NCBI GenBank assembly: GCA_049700835.1
Contig: JBNAUL010000002.1
Location: forward strand, 62,001-126,000
DNA from: Candidatus Woesearchaeota archaeon
Lineage (GTDB): Archaea; Nanobdellota; Nanobdellia; Woesearchaeales; WAPY01
DNA length: 64,000 nt
Direction: 5' to 3'
The position numbers and the translations under genes were made by a program. Below, in pieces: positions 48,848 through 59,408 of the stretch. Each line of letters begins with the position of its first letter. Within the stretch, counting starts at the first letter, position 1. Under the pieces are notes generated by a model. It worked only from the letters and a program-made list of their open reading frames with translations. It was not told the origin of the DNA and did not search any database.

Positions 48848-49600
48848 ATGAGCGAAGCAATAGAAATAAGCAGAAACGCGTTTGCTGTAAAACTTTCAAT
48901 TTACCTTAAAGAACACAAAACTCTTATTCTGTCAGATTTTCACATAGGCTTGGAAGAGGCGCTTCAAAAGCAGGGATTTTTGATTCCAAGATTTCAACTC
49001 AAAAGCATAATTGATAATTTGAACAAAACTTTTGAAATTCTTGAAAAGAAAAAATTAGAGGTTGAAAGAATAATAATAAATGGAGATTTAAAGCACGAGT
49101 TTGGAACGATTTCAGAGCAGGAATGGAAAGACACTTTAAAAGTAATTGATTTTTTAAAGGAAAAAACCAAAGATTTAGTTTTAATAAAAGGAAATCACGA
49201 CACGATTTTAGGGCCCATCGCATCAAAGAAGAGCATCAGTTTGGTAGAATATCTTATTTTAAATGATACTTTAATAGCGCATGGAGACAAAATAATCAGA
49301 GAAGCAAACAGCAGCAAAATCAGTAGGATAATAATTGGGCATGAGCATCCTGCAATCAGTTTGAGAGACGGGTTAAGAGTTGAAAAGTTCAAAACCTTTT
49401 TAATAGGAAAGTGGAACAAAAAAGAATTGATTGTTATGCCTTCATTCTGCTTTGTGACAGAAGGAACAGACATCCTGAGAGAAGAGCTTCTTAGTCCTTT
49501 TCTTAGGGAAGCAAACATAAAGAAATTTAGGGTTGTAATATCTGAAAAGGAACTCTATAACTTTGGAACAGTTGAGAAAATACTTGATGCTACTGATTGA
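48848..49600 (+). CDS. Metallophosphoesterase (archaeal ICC-like, COG1407)
   Basis: SDFHIG, NGDLKH, GNHD, HGD, GHEHPAI, MPSF. Confidence 0.9.
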   Translation: MSEAIEISRNAFAVKLSIYLKEHKTLILSDFHIGLEEALQKQGFLIPRFQLKSIIDNLNKTFEILEKKKLEVERIIINGDLKHEFGTISEQEWKDTLKVIDFLKEKTKDLVLIKGNHDTILGPIASKKSISLVEYLILNDTLIAHGDKIIREANSSKISRIIIGHEHPAISLRDGLRVEKFKTFLIGKWNKKELIVMPSFCFVTEGTDILREELLSPFLREANIKKFRVVISEKELYNFGTVEKILDATD

Positions 49601-49622
49601 AGAATTTTTCTAAGAATTTTTC

Positions 49623-50168
49623 TTATTTGTAAAACTTGTTAAGCAAATCTGTTTTTGTTATAACCCCTGCATAATGCTTTGAGTCCTGCACAAGAACAAG
49701 AGGAAAGTGTTTCAGCAATTCTGAGATAACATTCAAATCGGTGTTTATTGAAACTATGGGAGGTGCTTCTTCCATTATTTCCTTTACAAACTCCACTTTC
49801 TTTCCTTCAGATAAAACTTTTATTATTGAAGATTCTGATATTAAGCCAATGCACTTACCTTTGCTTATTACAGGCATTTGTGAAATCTTGCGCTGCTTCA
49901 TAACAAGCACAACATCTTTTATCCTGTTGTTCGGACTTGCAGAAAACACCCTCTTTGTCATTATGGAAAACGCTTTTTCAGATTTTCTTGATTTGCATTG
50001 CTCTAAAACATTTATTATTTTATAAACCTTTGAGTAAGAAGGGTCTATTTTCTCTGATTCTATCTTTGCAATCAATGACTGCGAAACTCCGCTTAGCTTT
50101 GCCAACTCTTTTTGAGTAATCCCAAGATTTTTCCTTAGGTGCTTTATCTGCGAAGGGTTTTCTATCAT
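49623..50168 (-). CDS. XRE-HTH + CBS-domain transcriptional regulator
   Basis: LGITQKELAKLSGVSQSLIAKIE followed by a CBS pair (ISQMPV...GVITKTDL). Confidence 0.92.
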   Translation of the reverse strand: MIENPSQIKHLRKNLGITQKELAKLSGVSQSLIAKIESEKIDPSYSKVYKIINVLEQCKSRKSEKAFSIMTKRVFSASPNNRIKDVVLVMKQRKISQMPVISKGKCIGLISESSIIKVLSEGKKVEFVKEIMEEAPPIVSINTDLNVISELLKHFPLVLVQDSKHYAGVITKTDLLNKFYK

Positions 50169-50238
50169 AAACTAAAACTTCTTTGTTTTCTATTTCTCTA
50201 TTTTTTATTTATTATTTTCTATTTTATTTTTTTTGTTT

Positions 50239-51021
50239 TTAAACTTCAAAAAAGATCTTTAAAGCAAGCATTAAGAGTATTCCAACGATTATCCAAAAGA
50301 AAGAACTTGCCCTTATTCTTCTGTTGGAACTATGAACCTCTGGTATTAAATCAGATGCAGCAATATAAATAAAACCTCCTGCAGCTATCGGCATTAAATA
50401 ATCTGTGATTTTCAACGAACCAAACATTATTGAAAAATAGCCAAAAATCACCCCTAAGAAAACACTGCTTTGAGCCACTAAGCTGTAAATTATTGACATT
50501 TTCTTGTTGAAACCACCGTGCACTAAAACTCCGAATATTCCAATTTCTTGTGAAAGTTCATGTATTAAAACAAGAACAGAACTTATGATTCCAATCTTTA
50601 ATCCAACAAAAAAACTGCCAACAATTATAAATCCGTCAATTATGTTGTGAATGAAATCTCCAACAATGATGAGATATCTGTATGATTTTTCTTTTATTCC
50701 TTCTCTGTGTTTCTCGCAAAAATCTTTATCAGAGCCGCAATGGTGCCAAAACAGGTATTCTTCCAAAAACAGGAAGAGTATAAAACCCAAAACAACAAAA
50801 ACAAAGATTTTTATTGGCTCTAAAACTCCTATGATCTCAGGTATAAGATGGAAAAACGCTCCTCCGAGCAATGAACCTGCTGTAAAAGCAACAAGAACAT
50901 TTACTATGCTCTTGAAAGTTTTCTCCTTTATTCCAACAAAAAGTATCCCTGCTGCTCCTAATAGCGTATTGAGAAATGCAAACAAAAATGAAAAAATCAA
51001 GATGCTTATGTTTTGGTTCAT
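50239..51021 (-). CDS. ZIP-family divalent metal transporter
   Basis: AFFHLIPE, HHC loop, GDFIHNIIDG, HELSQEIG, AAGGFIYIAASDLIPE; ATGA overlap with the ATPase stop. Confidence 0.93.
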   Translation of the reverse strand: MNQNISILIFSFLFAFLNTLLGAAGILFVGIKEKTFKSIVNVLVAFTAGSLLGGAFFHLIPEIIGVLEPIKIFVFVVLGFILFLFLEEYLFWHHCGSDKDFCEKHREGIKEKSYRYLIIVGDFIHNIIDGFIIVGSFFVGLKIGIISSVLVLIHELSQEIGIFGVLVHGGFNKKMSIIYSLVAQSSVFLGVIFGYFSIMFGSLKITDYLMPIAAGGFIYIAASDLIPEVHSSNRRIRASSFFWIIVGILLMLALKIFFEV

Positions 51022-53723
51022 TTTACACCACAAGAATACTTATTGCTATTTTTAAATCTTTTCAAAAAAATCAGTTTGCTTAATTCCATCATTATAAATC
51101 CTAAACTTGAAACCAAAACTATTTTAGTCCAATCATAAAAATTTAAAGGAACTGTTTTAAAGATTATTTGCGCAGGATGCCAATTGACAATGATGATTTG
51201 AAGAAGAACTGAAAGCAAAACAGCTCCAAAGAGCCATTTGTTGTTAAATGGATTCAAGTGTTTGAGCGAAAAATACATCTTTCTACTGCTCATCACAGCA
51301 AACATTTGAAACATTACCAAAGTAGTGAAAGTAACAGTCTGAGCTTTACTTGGATTTAAATTCAAATAATGGTGGAACATAAGCAATGTTCCAAAACCCA
51401 TTATTAATCCGAAAAATACTATTGTAAACAAAATGTCTCTTGAAATAGGATTTTCCCTTGGATTTTTTGGAGGACTCTTCATGATTTCTTCATCATTCGG
51501 CTCCAAGCCCAAACCCAATGCCGGAAAATCATCTGTGAGCAAATTCATAAACAAAACCTGCAAAGGCAGTAATGGCAGAGGAAGCTTTAACAGAACAGCG
51601 ATTAAAACAGTAGTTAGTTCTCCGCTGTTACATGAAAGTAAATATTTTGCTGACTTTATTATTTTAAGATAAATGTTTCTTCCTTCTTCTATTGCGTTGA
51701 CTATAGTTGCAAAATTGTCGTCAACCAATATTGCTTTTGAGACCTCCTTAGCAACATCTGTTCCATTAATTCCCATTGCAACTCCGATGTCTGCCTTTTT
51801 AAGCGCAGGGGCATCATTGACCCCGTCTCCTGTCATTGCAACAACATGCCCCTTTTTCTGCAATGCTTTTACAATCCTTAACTTTTGTATCGGTAGAGCC
51901 CTTGCTATTATTTTAACCCTTTCAATCCTTTCTTCCAATTCAGAATCGCTCATTTTTTCCAGTTCTTCCCCGCTAAGAATTAAATCTCCCTCTTCATATA
52001 GTCCTATTTGTTTTGCCACTGCTTTTGTTGTTAGTGCGTGGTCTCCTGTTATAATCATAACCTTTATTCCTGCATCCTTGCACTTTTGCACTGCTTCCTT
52101 AACCTCATCCCTTGGAGGATCTATCATTCCAACCAATCCAATAAAAACAAGATTTTTTTCAACACTTTCCTTTGTGTAATAATCTGGTCTCTTTTTAGGA
52201 AGCTTTCTGTAAGCAAGAGCAAGCACTCTTAAAGCATTCTCAGCAAAAAGATTGTTTGTCTTTAGAATATCTTTCTTATCTTTGTTTGTTAATCTTTTAA
52301 CCTTTCCATTTTTGATTGAATAGGAGCATTTTCTCAACAAAAGGTCAGGAGCTCCTTTAACATAAACTTCAATCTTTTTATCCTTTTTATTGTTGAAAAT
52401 AGCAGACATTAACTTTCTTTCAGAATCAAACGGAATCTCTTTTAACAATACAAAATTGTTCCTAATTTCTTCTTCGTTTAATCCTGCTTTTTTCGCAAGC
52501 ACAACAAGAGAACCCTCTGTAGGATCTCCAAATATCTCATAATTGTTTTCTTTTACAATAAGCTTTGCATTGTTGCACAAGAACCCTGTTCTGAATAAAA
52601 GTTCTATTTTTTTATGATCAAAAGTTCTGCCGTTATAATAAAAACTTCCTTTTGGAATGTAACCTGAACCGCTCACCTCAATTATTTTATTATCATAAAA
52701 TAGATGGGTTATAGTCATCTGATTCTTTGTAATTGTTCCTGTCTTGTCGCTGCAGATTATTGTTGCAGAGCCCAAACTTTCAGCAGCATTTAGTTTCTTA
52801 ACAAGCATGTTCTTTTTAGCCAATCTTTTTGCTCCTAATGACAAACTAACTATTGCAATAACAGGTAAAGAATTAGGAATAACAGAGACAGTTAAAGCCA
52901 ATGAGAACAAAACCATTTTTCCAAAACTCAACTCCTTGTTAAACAACAACCCTAAAGAGAAAATAAAAGCAATCAGAGCTATTATTATTATGCTTATTTG
53001 CTTTGTCAGTTTTTCAAACTTTGTCTGCAAAGGAGTTTTAACTTCCTTTGTTGTTTGCAGGAAATGGGCAATCTTTCCAAACTCTGTTTTCATTCCAGTG
53101 GCTGTGACAACTCCTAATCCCTTTCCATAGGTAACTGTTGTCCCCATAAAAGCCATGTTCTCTTGATTGGCAACATGTGTTCCTGGTTTGAAAGGCAGGA
53201 TTGTCTTTTTAGAAGGAACAGACTCTCCTGTCAGGGTTGCTTCATTAATTTCCAAACTTGAAACTTCTATTAATCTTATATCAGCAGGAACGATATCTCC
53301 TTCTTCCAAGATTACAATGTCACCTGGGACAAGCTCTTTTGCAGCAATCTTCTCCTCATTTCCGTCTCTTAAAACCTTTGCAACTGGCTGAGAAAGCTTT
53401 TCAAGTGCTTCTATTGCTTTCTCTGCTTTGTACTCCTGAATAAATCCAAGCAGAGCATTTAGCATTATTATTCCGAAAATTGCAATCGCTTCAATGAAGT
53501 CTTTCAAAACAAGGGATAAAATTGAGGCAAAAACAAGTAGCCTTATTAAAGGGTTCTTGAATTGATTTATAAAAATCTGAAATGCAGTTGTTCTTTTTCC
53601 CCTGCTTAACTCATTATAACCGTGAATATTTAATCTCCTCTTAGCTTCCTCATTTGAAAGCCCATTTTTAGATGTTTTTAGAATTTCTAATGTTCTAGAA
53701 ACGCTTAAACTATAAAACTCCAT
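51018..53723 (-). CDS. P-type cation-transporting ATPase (type IIA-like)
   Basis: LTGES, CSDKTGT, KGAPD, DPPR, TGD, MTGDGVNDAPALKKAD. Confidence 0.95.
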   Translation of the reverse strand: MEFYSLSVSRTLEILKTSKNGLSNEEAKRRLNIHGYNELSRGKRTTAFQIFINQFKNPLIRLLVFASILSLVLKDFIEAIAIFGIIMLNALLGFIQEYKAEKAIEALEKLSQPVAKVLRDGNEEKIAAKELVPGDIVILEEGDIVPADIRLIEVSSLEINEATLTGESVPSKKTILPFKPGTHVANQENMAFMGTTVTYGKGLGVVTATGMKTEFGKIAHFLQTTKEVKTPLQTKFEKLTKQISIIIIALIAFIFSLGLLFNKELSFGKMVLFSLALTVSVIPNSLPVIAIVSLSLGAKRLAKKNMLVKKLNAAESLGSATIICSDKTGTITKNQMTITHLFYDNKIIEVSGSGYIPKGSFYYNGRTFDHKKIELLFRTGFLCNNAKLIVKENNYEIFGDPTEGSLVVLAKKAGLNEEEIRNNFVLLKEIPFDSERKLMSAIFNNKKDKKIEVYVKGAPDLLLRKCSYSIKNGKVKRLTNKDKKDILKTNNLFAENALRVLALAYRKLPKKRPDYYTKESVEKNLVFIGLVGMIDPPRDEVKEAVQKCKDAGIKVMIITGDHALTTKAVAKQIGLYEEGDLILSGEELEKMSDSELEERIERVKIIARALPIQKLRIVKALQKKGHVVAMTGDGVNDAPALKKADIGVAMGINGTDVAKEVSKAILVDDNFATIVNAIEEGRNIYLKIIKSAKYLLSCNSGELTTVLIAVLLKLPLPLLPLQVLFMNLLTDDFPALGLGLEPNDEEIMKSPPKNPRENPISRDILFTIVFFGLIMGFGTLLMFHHYLNLNPSKAQTVTFTTLVMFQMFAVMSSRKMYFSLKHLNPFNNKWLFGAVLLSVLLQIIIVNWHPAQIIFKTVPLNFYDWTKIVLVSSLGFIMMELSKLIFLKRFKNSNKYSCGVK

Positions 53724-53927
53724 TAAAACAGCACCTCTTTTTTAATGAAAGATTTTAATATGCTTCAATTTTAATACGCCTCAAGCTGTTAATTTAATTT
53801 TTTATTTGTATAATAATATATAAATTTTATGTTTCCTGTTTTTGATTTTTTATTTTTAATGTTAATGCAAGCTAATAAGCAGTAAAGAGCAGAGAAGAGC
53901 AAAGAAAATACAGAGATTGGCATAAAA

Positions 53928-53946
53928 AAGGAAAACTTTATAAATA
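53928..53946 (+). promoter_or_regulatory. BRE/TATA promoter of the rpl1-rpl10-rpl12 operon
   Basis: AAGGAAAAC-TTTATAAATA, about 20-28 nt upstream of the leader hairpin. Confidence 0.65.
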
Positions 53947-53964
53947 ACTGCTAAAACCACATAC

Positions 53965-54019
53965 TAAAATCAGGATTGCCCTGAGACTACTTACTAAGAA
54001 GTAGGAGGGTGTGATTTTA
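53965..54019 (+). promoter_or_regulatory. Putative L1-binding autoregulatory 5' leader hairpin
   Basis: Stems TAAAATCA/TGATTTTA, TGCCC/GGGTG and CTACTT/AAGTAG, with an asymmetric internal loop TGAGA/GA; includes the SD. Confidence 0.7.
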
Positions 54020-54669
54020 TGGAAAAAACAAAGATATTAAGTGCTCTTAAAGAGCTAAGGAATGCAAAAAAGAGAAATTTCGTACAGAGTGTTGATTTAA
54101 TAATACTTCTAAAAAATATTGACCTTAAAAAAACAGAGAATCAAAAAGAACTTTTTCTAACACTTCCAAAAACAATAGGAAAAAATTTCAAGGTTTGCGC
54201 TATCGTAGGACTGGAGACCTATGAAGAGGCAAAAAATAATTGCGATAAAGTAATACTTGATAAAGAATTAGAAGAGTATGCAAAGAATACAAGAGCAATG
54301 AAAAAACTTGCAAGGGATTATGACTTCTTCATAGCACAAGCAAATATAATGCCTCAAGTTGCTTCTGTTTTTGGAAAAGTCTTGGCTCCAAGAGGAAAGA
54401 TGCCAAATCCAAAGGCAGGCAGCATATTTCCGCCAAGATCAGCATTGAAACAGCTTGTTTCAAAATTAAAAAACACCGTGAAGATCTCAATAAAGAAGAA
54501 CCCAATGGTCCAAGTCATAGTTGGGAATGAAAGGATGAGCGATGAGGACTTGGCAGAGAACATAATTGCGGTGCACGAATTTGTTGTTCATAATCTTCCA
54601 GGAGGAAAGAACAACATAAAGAGCGTTTTGTTGAAATTGACAATGAGCCCTCCTGTGAAATTGGAGTAG
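54019..54669 (+). CDS. rpl1: 50S ribosomal protein L1
   Basis: KRNFVQSVDL, YDFFIAQA, LAPRGKMP, KLTMSPP. Confidence 0.97.
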   Translation: MEKTKILSALKELRNAKKRNFVQSVDLIILLKNIDLKKTENQKELFLTLPKTIGKNFKVCAIVGLETYEEAKNNCDKVILDKELEEYAKNTRAMKKLARDYDFFIAQANIMPQVASVFGKVLAPRGKMPNPKAGSIFPPRSALKQLVSKLKNTVKISIKKNPMVQVIVGNERMSDEDLAENIIAVHEFVVHNLPGGKNNIKSVLLKLTMSPPVKLE

Positions 54670-54679
54670 GGTGATTTTC

Positions 54680-55582
54680 ATGAAACCTGAAAATTATAAA
54701 CCTCACATTTCAGAGAGAAAAGAAAAGGAAGTCAAGGAACTCTTGAAGCTTATAAAGGAAAACAGCGTAATAGGAATAGTTAATATGGAAAACATGCCTG
54801 CTTCTCAACTTCAAAAACTTAAATCCTTACTCAGAGGAAAGGTTATCGTAAGGATGAGCAAGAAGAGAATAATAAAAAAGACATTTGAACAGGCAGATAA
54901 TGAAAAAAAGAACATAAAAGAACTTGAAAAATACCTAAAGGGTATGCCTGCTCTTCTGTTCTCAAAAGAAAACCCTTTCAAACTCAGCAAGATCCTTGCA
55001 GAGAATGTTTCTTATGCTCCTGCAAAGCCAGGGCAATTGGCTCCTGAAGACATAAAAATAGAAAAAGGTAAAACGCCATTCTCTCCTGGACCAATAATTA
55101 GCGAGCTTTCCTCTGTAGGGCTTAAGACAGGAATAGAAGACGGAAAGATAGCTATAAAAGAAGAAAAGGTTCTTGTAAATAAAGGGGAAAAGATAAATGA
55201 GAGGATTGCAAGTGTTCTTGCAAAATTAGGAATAACTCCTATGAAAATAGGACTTGAGATGGTTGCTGCATATGAAGACGGAGAAATTTACCTTCCTGAT
55301 ACTTTAAGTTTAACATCAGACAAAATCTTTGATATGATAAGAAAAGCATACGCTGAGAGCTTTAACCTTGCATTGAGCGCAAATTACATTACAAGAGAAA
55401 CAGCAGAATTTTTGATAGCTAAGGCAGAAGCTCAGGCAAAGTCCTTGGCTTTGAATGCAAAGATTATGACAAAAGAAACAATAATTCATTCACTGGCTGA
55501 GAGCCAATCGCAAGCTTCTGCTCTTTCAGAGAAAATCAATAAAGAAATAAACAAAAAACAAGAAATGATAAACAATGAATAA
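54680..55582 (+). CDS. rpl10: 50S ribosomal protein L10 (P0)
   Basis: [38 protein letters not shown]. Confidence 0.96.
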   Translation: MKPENYKPHISERKEKEVKELLKLIKENSVIGIVNMENMPASQLQKLKSLLRGKVIVRMSKKRIIKKTFEQADNEKKNIKELEKYLKGMPALLFSKENPFKLSKILAENVSYAPAKPGQLAPEDIKIEKGKTPFSPGPIISELSSVGLKTGIEDGKIAIKEEKVLVNKGEKINERIASVLAKLGITPMKIGLEMVAAYEDGEIYLPDTLSLTSDKIFDMIRKAYAESFNLALSANYITRETAEFLIAKAEAQAKSLALNAKIMTKETIIHSLAESQSQASALSEKINKEINKKQEMINNE

Positions 55583-55602
55583 ACAATTTTGAGGTGGGTA
55601 AA

Positions 55603-55899
55603 ATGGAGTATATATACGCTGCGATGCTTTTGCACAAAGCTGGAAAAAAGATAAATGAAGAATCAATGAAGAAGGTCATTGAAGCAGCAGGAATAACTCC
55701 TGACAACAGCAAGATAAAAGCAATAGTTTCTTCTTTGGAAGGAATCAATATTGAAGAAGTAATATCAAAAGCACAGACAATGCAAGCAGCTACTGTAGAG
55801 AAAAAAGAAGAAAAGAAAGAAGAAAAGAAAGAAGAGAAAAAGGAAGAGAAGGTTGACGAGGAAAAAGCAGCAGCAGGGCTTGGTGCTTTGTTCGGTTAA
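55603..55899 (+). CDS. rpl12: 50S ribosomal stalk protein L12 (aP1)
   Basis: [11 protein letters not shown]...EEKK repeats...[10 protein letters not shown]. Confidence 0.97.
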   Translation: MEYIYAAMLLHKAGKKINEESMKKVIEAAGITPDNSKIKAIVSSLEGINIEEVISKAQTMQAATVEKKEEKKEEKKEEKKEEKVDEEKAAAGLGALFG

Positions 55900-55953
55900 T
55901 TTGTTCAGCTGATTTTTGATTTTTGTTTTTTGCATTTTAATTTCGTGGTAAAT

Positions 55954-56871
55954 ATGGAGAACAGCACACCAGAGGACTACAAAAAACTGAATGAGTTGAG
56001 GAAGGATTTGTTAGAGTTAAGAAGAAAACTCAACGAATTGGGAGAACAGAAAGAGAATTGGTTCAAGAAGAAATTAGAACAGAGCAGCAAGATAGCAGAA
56101 CTTATAAAGAACATAAAGGATTGTAAGGCAAAGAGAGATGAACTGACTGCAAAAGTAAGGGAGCTGAAAAAGAAAAGAGACGAAATAAACAGCAAGGTAA
56201 AACAACTGATTTCTCAGGTTAAAGAAGAGAGAAATAAAAAAGAAGAGCTTTCTAAAAAACTTGGAATCAAAGAAAATCCTGAAAGAATAAAAAAACAGAT
56301 TGATGCCCTTGAGTTCAAGATAGAGACAGAAGCTCTTTCCCTTGACAAGGAGAAAAAAATCGTTAAGATAATAAAAGAAAAGAAAAGGGTTTATGATTCT
56401 TTGAAAGATGTTACTGATATAATTAAGAGGATATATTCCTTAGAGGACGAGATAAAAAAATTCAAAGCAGAGAGCAGGGAAATTCACAAAAGCATACAGA
56501 ACATAGCCCAAGAATCGCAGAAAAAACACGAGGAAATGTTGGAATACTCAAAACAAGTAGATGAACTAAGAGTAAAGGAAAAGGAATGCCTTGAAAAATT
56601 TCTTAAGTACAAAACAGAATTCAACGAGATAAATTTGAAATTGAAGGAAAAACTCACTGAGAGCAATGAAATAAGAAAGAAGTTCAAAGACGAAAGATTG
56701 GAAAGCTTGAGCAGAGAAAGGGAAAGAGAGATGGAAGAATTAAGAAAGAAGGAGCAGGTTGTTTTGGAAAAGATGAAGCGTGGGGAAAAACTGACAACAG
56801 AAGACCTTTTGGTATTCCAAAAGATGGAAGAGGAACAGGCAGAAGAAGAACAGCAAAGCACAGCGCAATGA
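55954..56871 (+). CDS. Archaeal coiled-coil protein (COG1340-like)
   Basis: Long heptads, LEFKIETEALSLDKEK, C-terminal GEKLTTEDL. Confidence 0.8.
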   Translation: MENSTPEDYKKLNELRKDLLELRRKLNELGEQKENWFKKKLEQSSKIAELIKNIKDCKAKRDELTAKVRELKKKRDEINSKVKQLISQVKEERNKKEELSKKLGIKENPERIKKQIDALEFKIETEALSLDKEKKIVKIIKEKKRVYDSLKDVTDIIKRIYSLEDEIKKFKAESREIHKSIQNIAQESQKKHEEMLEYSKQVDELRVKEKECLEKFLKYKTEFNEINLKLKEKLTESNEIRKKFKDERLESLSREREREMEELRKKEQVVLEKMKRGEKLTTEDLLVFQKMEEEQAEEEQQSTAQ

Positions 56872-57099
56872 ATTCTTACAAATTCTTACAAATTTTTATA
56901 AATACTAAACAAATTTTAAATTTTAATTTTTGATTTTGATTAATTCTGATTGCGTCTTTTATGTTATTTTATATTTTAATTGATTTTTGCATTGCAAAAC
57001 CCTTGGCAAACGAAAGATATAAAAACAAGAACTATTATAAAACTTGAACTATTATCATTTTTTAATAGTTACTTAATGCTTAATTTAAAGGTTGTTTTT

Positions 57100-57918
57100 A
57101 TGGGAGATAAAAGTTTGATAAAACCTTTAGAATATTTAGAACCAAATGAAAAATATACTGAAGAAATTATAAAAGTCATGAAAAGCTCTTACTTTGAAAA
57201 CAAGAAAGAATTCTTTGATTCAATATATGTTTATCTTGTAGAGGACAAGATATTCAGTCAGTTTCTTCTAAAAGTTTTAGGGGAAGAAGGTTATTACAGC
57301 GAAACAGCAATATTTACATACCATCTTCTCAACACGCTTTTCCCGAAATCAAGTATAAGCGCAAAAAATTTTGAGTATGCAGTTAACAAATACAAAAAAA
57401 TAACAAAAGACAAGGTAGTTTATTCAAAAAAGGAAAACCTTGAAAATCTTTTGAAAGACGAAAATTTTCTTGCAGAGATTAACAATGACCTTGAAGAGGA
57501 ATTTAACTTCTACAAAAGGCTTAATTTTGAGATTGTAGGTAATAAAAAAGAGTTAAAGGAGAAATTTAAGTCGTTAGAAAATGAGGAAAGTTATTATTTT
57601 TTTATAATGGAGAAGAGCGCGAGATTGATAGAGTTTATGCTCTACAAGCATTTTCAGATTGGAAAATTAGTAACAGAAATCTCTTTGTATGATGCTATAG
57701 ATTACATCTTTGATATTGAAGCCAAAAATTCATACAAAAGTATTAGCGAAAACCAGGTCAAGAAAATGCTGTCAAGCAATGAAGCTATGAATTTCTTTAA
57801 CTACACTGTAAACAAGTCATTCTTTGTATTTGTCACATACGAGAAATATCTCTTTGACAGAATAAACAAGGAGCGTTTAGAATATTTTAAAAATTCAGGC
57901 AAGAACAAAACCAAATAA
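57100..57918 (+). CDS. Hypothetical protein (orphan)
   Basis: 272-aa ORF rich in E/K/F/Y; AGGTTG upstream of ATG 57100. Confidence 0.65.
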   Translation: MGDKSLIKPLEYLEPNEKYTEEIIKVMKSSYFENKKEFFDSIYVYLVEDKIFSQFLLKVLGEEGYYSETAIFTYHLLNTLFPKSSISAKNFEYAVNKYKKITKDKVVYSKKENLENLLKDENFLAEINNDLEEEFNFYKRLNFEIVGNKKELKEKFKSLENEESYYFFIMEKSARLIEFMLYKHFQIGKLVTEISLYDAIDYIFDIEAKNSYKSISENQVKKMLSSNEAMNFFNYTVNKSFFVFVTYEKYLFDRINKERLEYFKNSGKNKTK

Positions 57919-57982
57919 AAAACCCAAATAAAAACAGAAAATTACAAAAAAGAAATGCAAAAACAGAATAAAATTCTCAGCA

Positions 57983-58168
57983 TTACTTTTTGAATTCTGT
58001 ATAGCCACAATGCCCGCAAGTGTATCTGTCCTTATGCTCTGCTAAGAAATAACCAATTCCGCACTTTGGGCAGAACCTTCTCTTTCTCTCAAGTTTTTCT
58101 CCTTCTTTTGAATAATAAGCATAACTCTTGTTCTTCCCCTTTTCTTTTTCCTTGTTTTCCTTTGCCAT
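57983..58168 (-). CDS. rps27ae: 30S ribosomal protein S27ae
   Basis: [29 protein letters not shown]. Confidence 0.95.
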   Translation of the reverse strand: MAKENKEKEKGKNKSYAYYSKEGEKLERKRRFCPKCGIGYFLAEHKDRYTCGHCGYTEFKK

Positions 58169-58179
58169 GAAAACCACCG

Positions 58180-58506
58180 TTAATTTTGTTTGCTTTGTTC
58201 AGCTGTAGTTTTAGAGCTCTTTTCCCTTTTTATGATTCCTGCTCTCATCAGCAGGCTCTTTTGTTCAAATCTCTTCAAGGCCTCTTCGTTATCGTATATA
58301 TGTACTTCTACTACAACTTCTTTTAAACCAAAGATCTTTCTGATTTTTTTTATTATCATTAAATTGCTGTTTGTTCCAAGGAATTTTGAAAGCTCTGATT
58401 TAAGTTCTTCTCTTGAAGGGGTTTTGCCTTCAAAATCAAATTTTACTTTAGCATAAACCCTTCTCAGCAACCTCAAATCTTTTTTTTCCACAACCTTAAA
58501 TTCCAT
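58180..58506 (-). CDS. rps24e: 30S ribosomal protein S24e
   Basis: LLRR, GKTPSR, IFG, HIYD...RFE; conserved operon position. Confidence 0.9.
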   Translation of the reverse strand: MEFKVVEKKDLRLLRRVYAKVKFDFEGKTPSREELKSELSKFLGTNSNLMIIKKIRKIFGLKEVVVEVHIYDNEEALKRFEQKSLLMRAGIIKREKSSKTTAEQSKQN

Positions 58507-58535
58507 AAAAACCACCTTTCGCTGTTATTGCGCTA

Positions 58536-58718
58536 TTATTTTACTCTTATTGCATACTCTCCTTTATTGTTGAAATTGAGTTTTTTTGCAATTTCTGATT
58601 TTGATGGATCTATAACAACAATCTTTCCCTGCCAGTTCGTGCTGAAATCAGTTCCATTGCAGACAGGGCATCTTTCCTTTTCAAAAAATATTCTGCATTT
58701 CTTGCAAACCTTTTTCAT
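58536..58718 (-). CDS. spt4: Transcription elongation factor Spt4 (RpoE2)
   Basis: CKKC...CPVC, WQG.IVVIDP..SEIAK, GEYAIRV. Confidence 0.95.
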   Translation of the reverse strand: MKKVCKKCRIFFEKERCPVCNGTDFSTNWQGKIVVIDPSKSEIAKKLNFNNKGEYAIRVK

Positions 58719-58780
58719 CAAAAACACCCTTTACTTTGCTTTATGTTATTAGCTTTATGTTTTCTTTTGCTTTATGCTTT

Positions 58781-59374
58781 TTATTTTTTCTTTGACTGCT
58801 TTTTTGCACTTTCTTTTTCTTCCTCAGAAGAGCTTGGTTTCTTTTTCTCTTCATAAATCCACTCAAGTTTACCAAGTCCTTCTTGCCTCATTGTAAGTCC
58901 AATCTTTGGATTGTTTATGTCTTTGTAACTTATTGCTATTATTCTTGCTCTGCACAGGTCATTTATTTTTAGAGAATGCTTGCTCTGTTTTCCAAGCAAA
59001 ACCTTATCCTTGCTGAAACTGACAAAATCGTCCATTGTCTGCGAGATATGAACCATTCCTTCCATAGGGCCTATTGATATGAAAGCCCCAAAATCCTGTA
59101 TGTCCTTTATCTTCCCAAGCACAACCTCTTTTAATTCTGGTTTGTAAGTTATTAGGGTTAAAACAGTTTCATAATAAGCAGCTCCGTCTCCTGGAATTAT
59201 TATTCCTTCTCCAATTGATTCTATTTCTGAAACGCTTATGACCATTCCAATCTCTTTTGAAACAGTGCCTTCATAAAGCTTTTCAGTTGTTTTCTTTATT
59301 GCCTCTTTTATGTCGAGCCCGAACAAATTCGGCGGAACTCTTATGTGGTCTTTGATTTTTACCTTGTAAAACAT
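58781..59374 (-). CDS. rpoE1: DNA-directed RNA polymerase subunit E' (Rpo7)
   Basis: IRVPP, IIPGDGAAY, FGAFISIGP.EG.VHISQ, KIGLTMRQ.GLGKLEW. Confidence 0.96.
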   Translation of the reverse strand: MFYKVKIKDHIRVPPNLFGLDIKEAIKKTTEKLYEGTVSKEIGMVISVSEIESIGEGIIIPGDGAAYYETVLTLITYKPELKEVVLGKIKDIQDFGAFISIGPMEGMVHISQTMDDFVSFSKDKVLLGKQSKHSLKINDLCRARIIAISYKDINNPKIGLTMRQEGLGKLEWIYEEKKKPSSSEEEKESAKKQSKKK

Positions 59375-59408
59375 TTTCATACCACCTTTGAAAAAATGAT
59401 TTCTTGCT

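Noticed and set aside
55795..55850. GAAGAAAAGAAA-type tandem repeat
   Set aside because: Encodes the normal EEKK hinge of archaeal L12.
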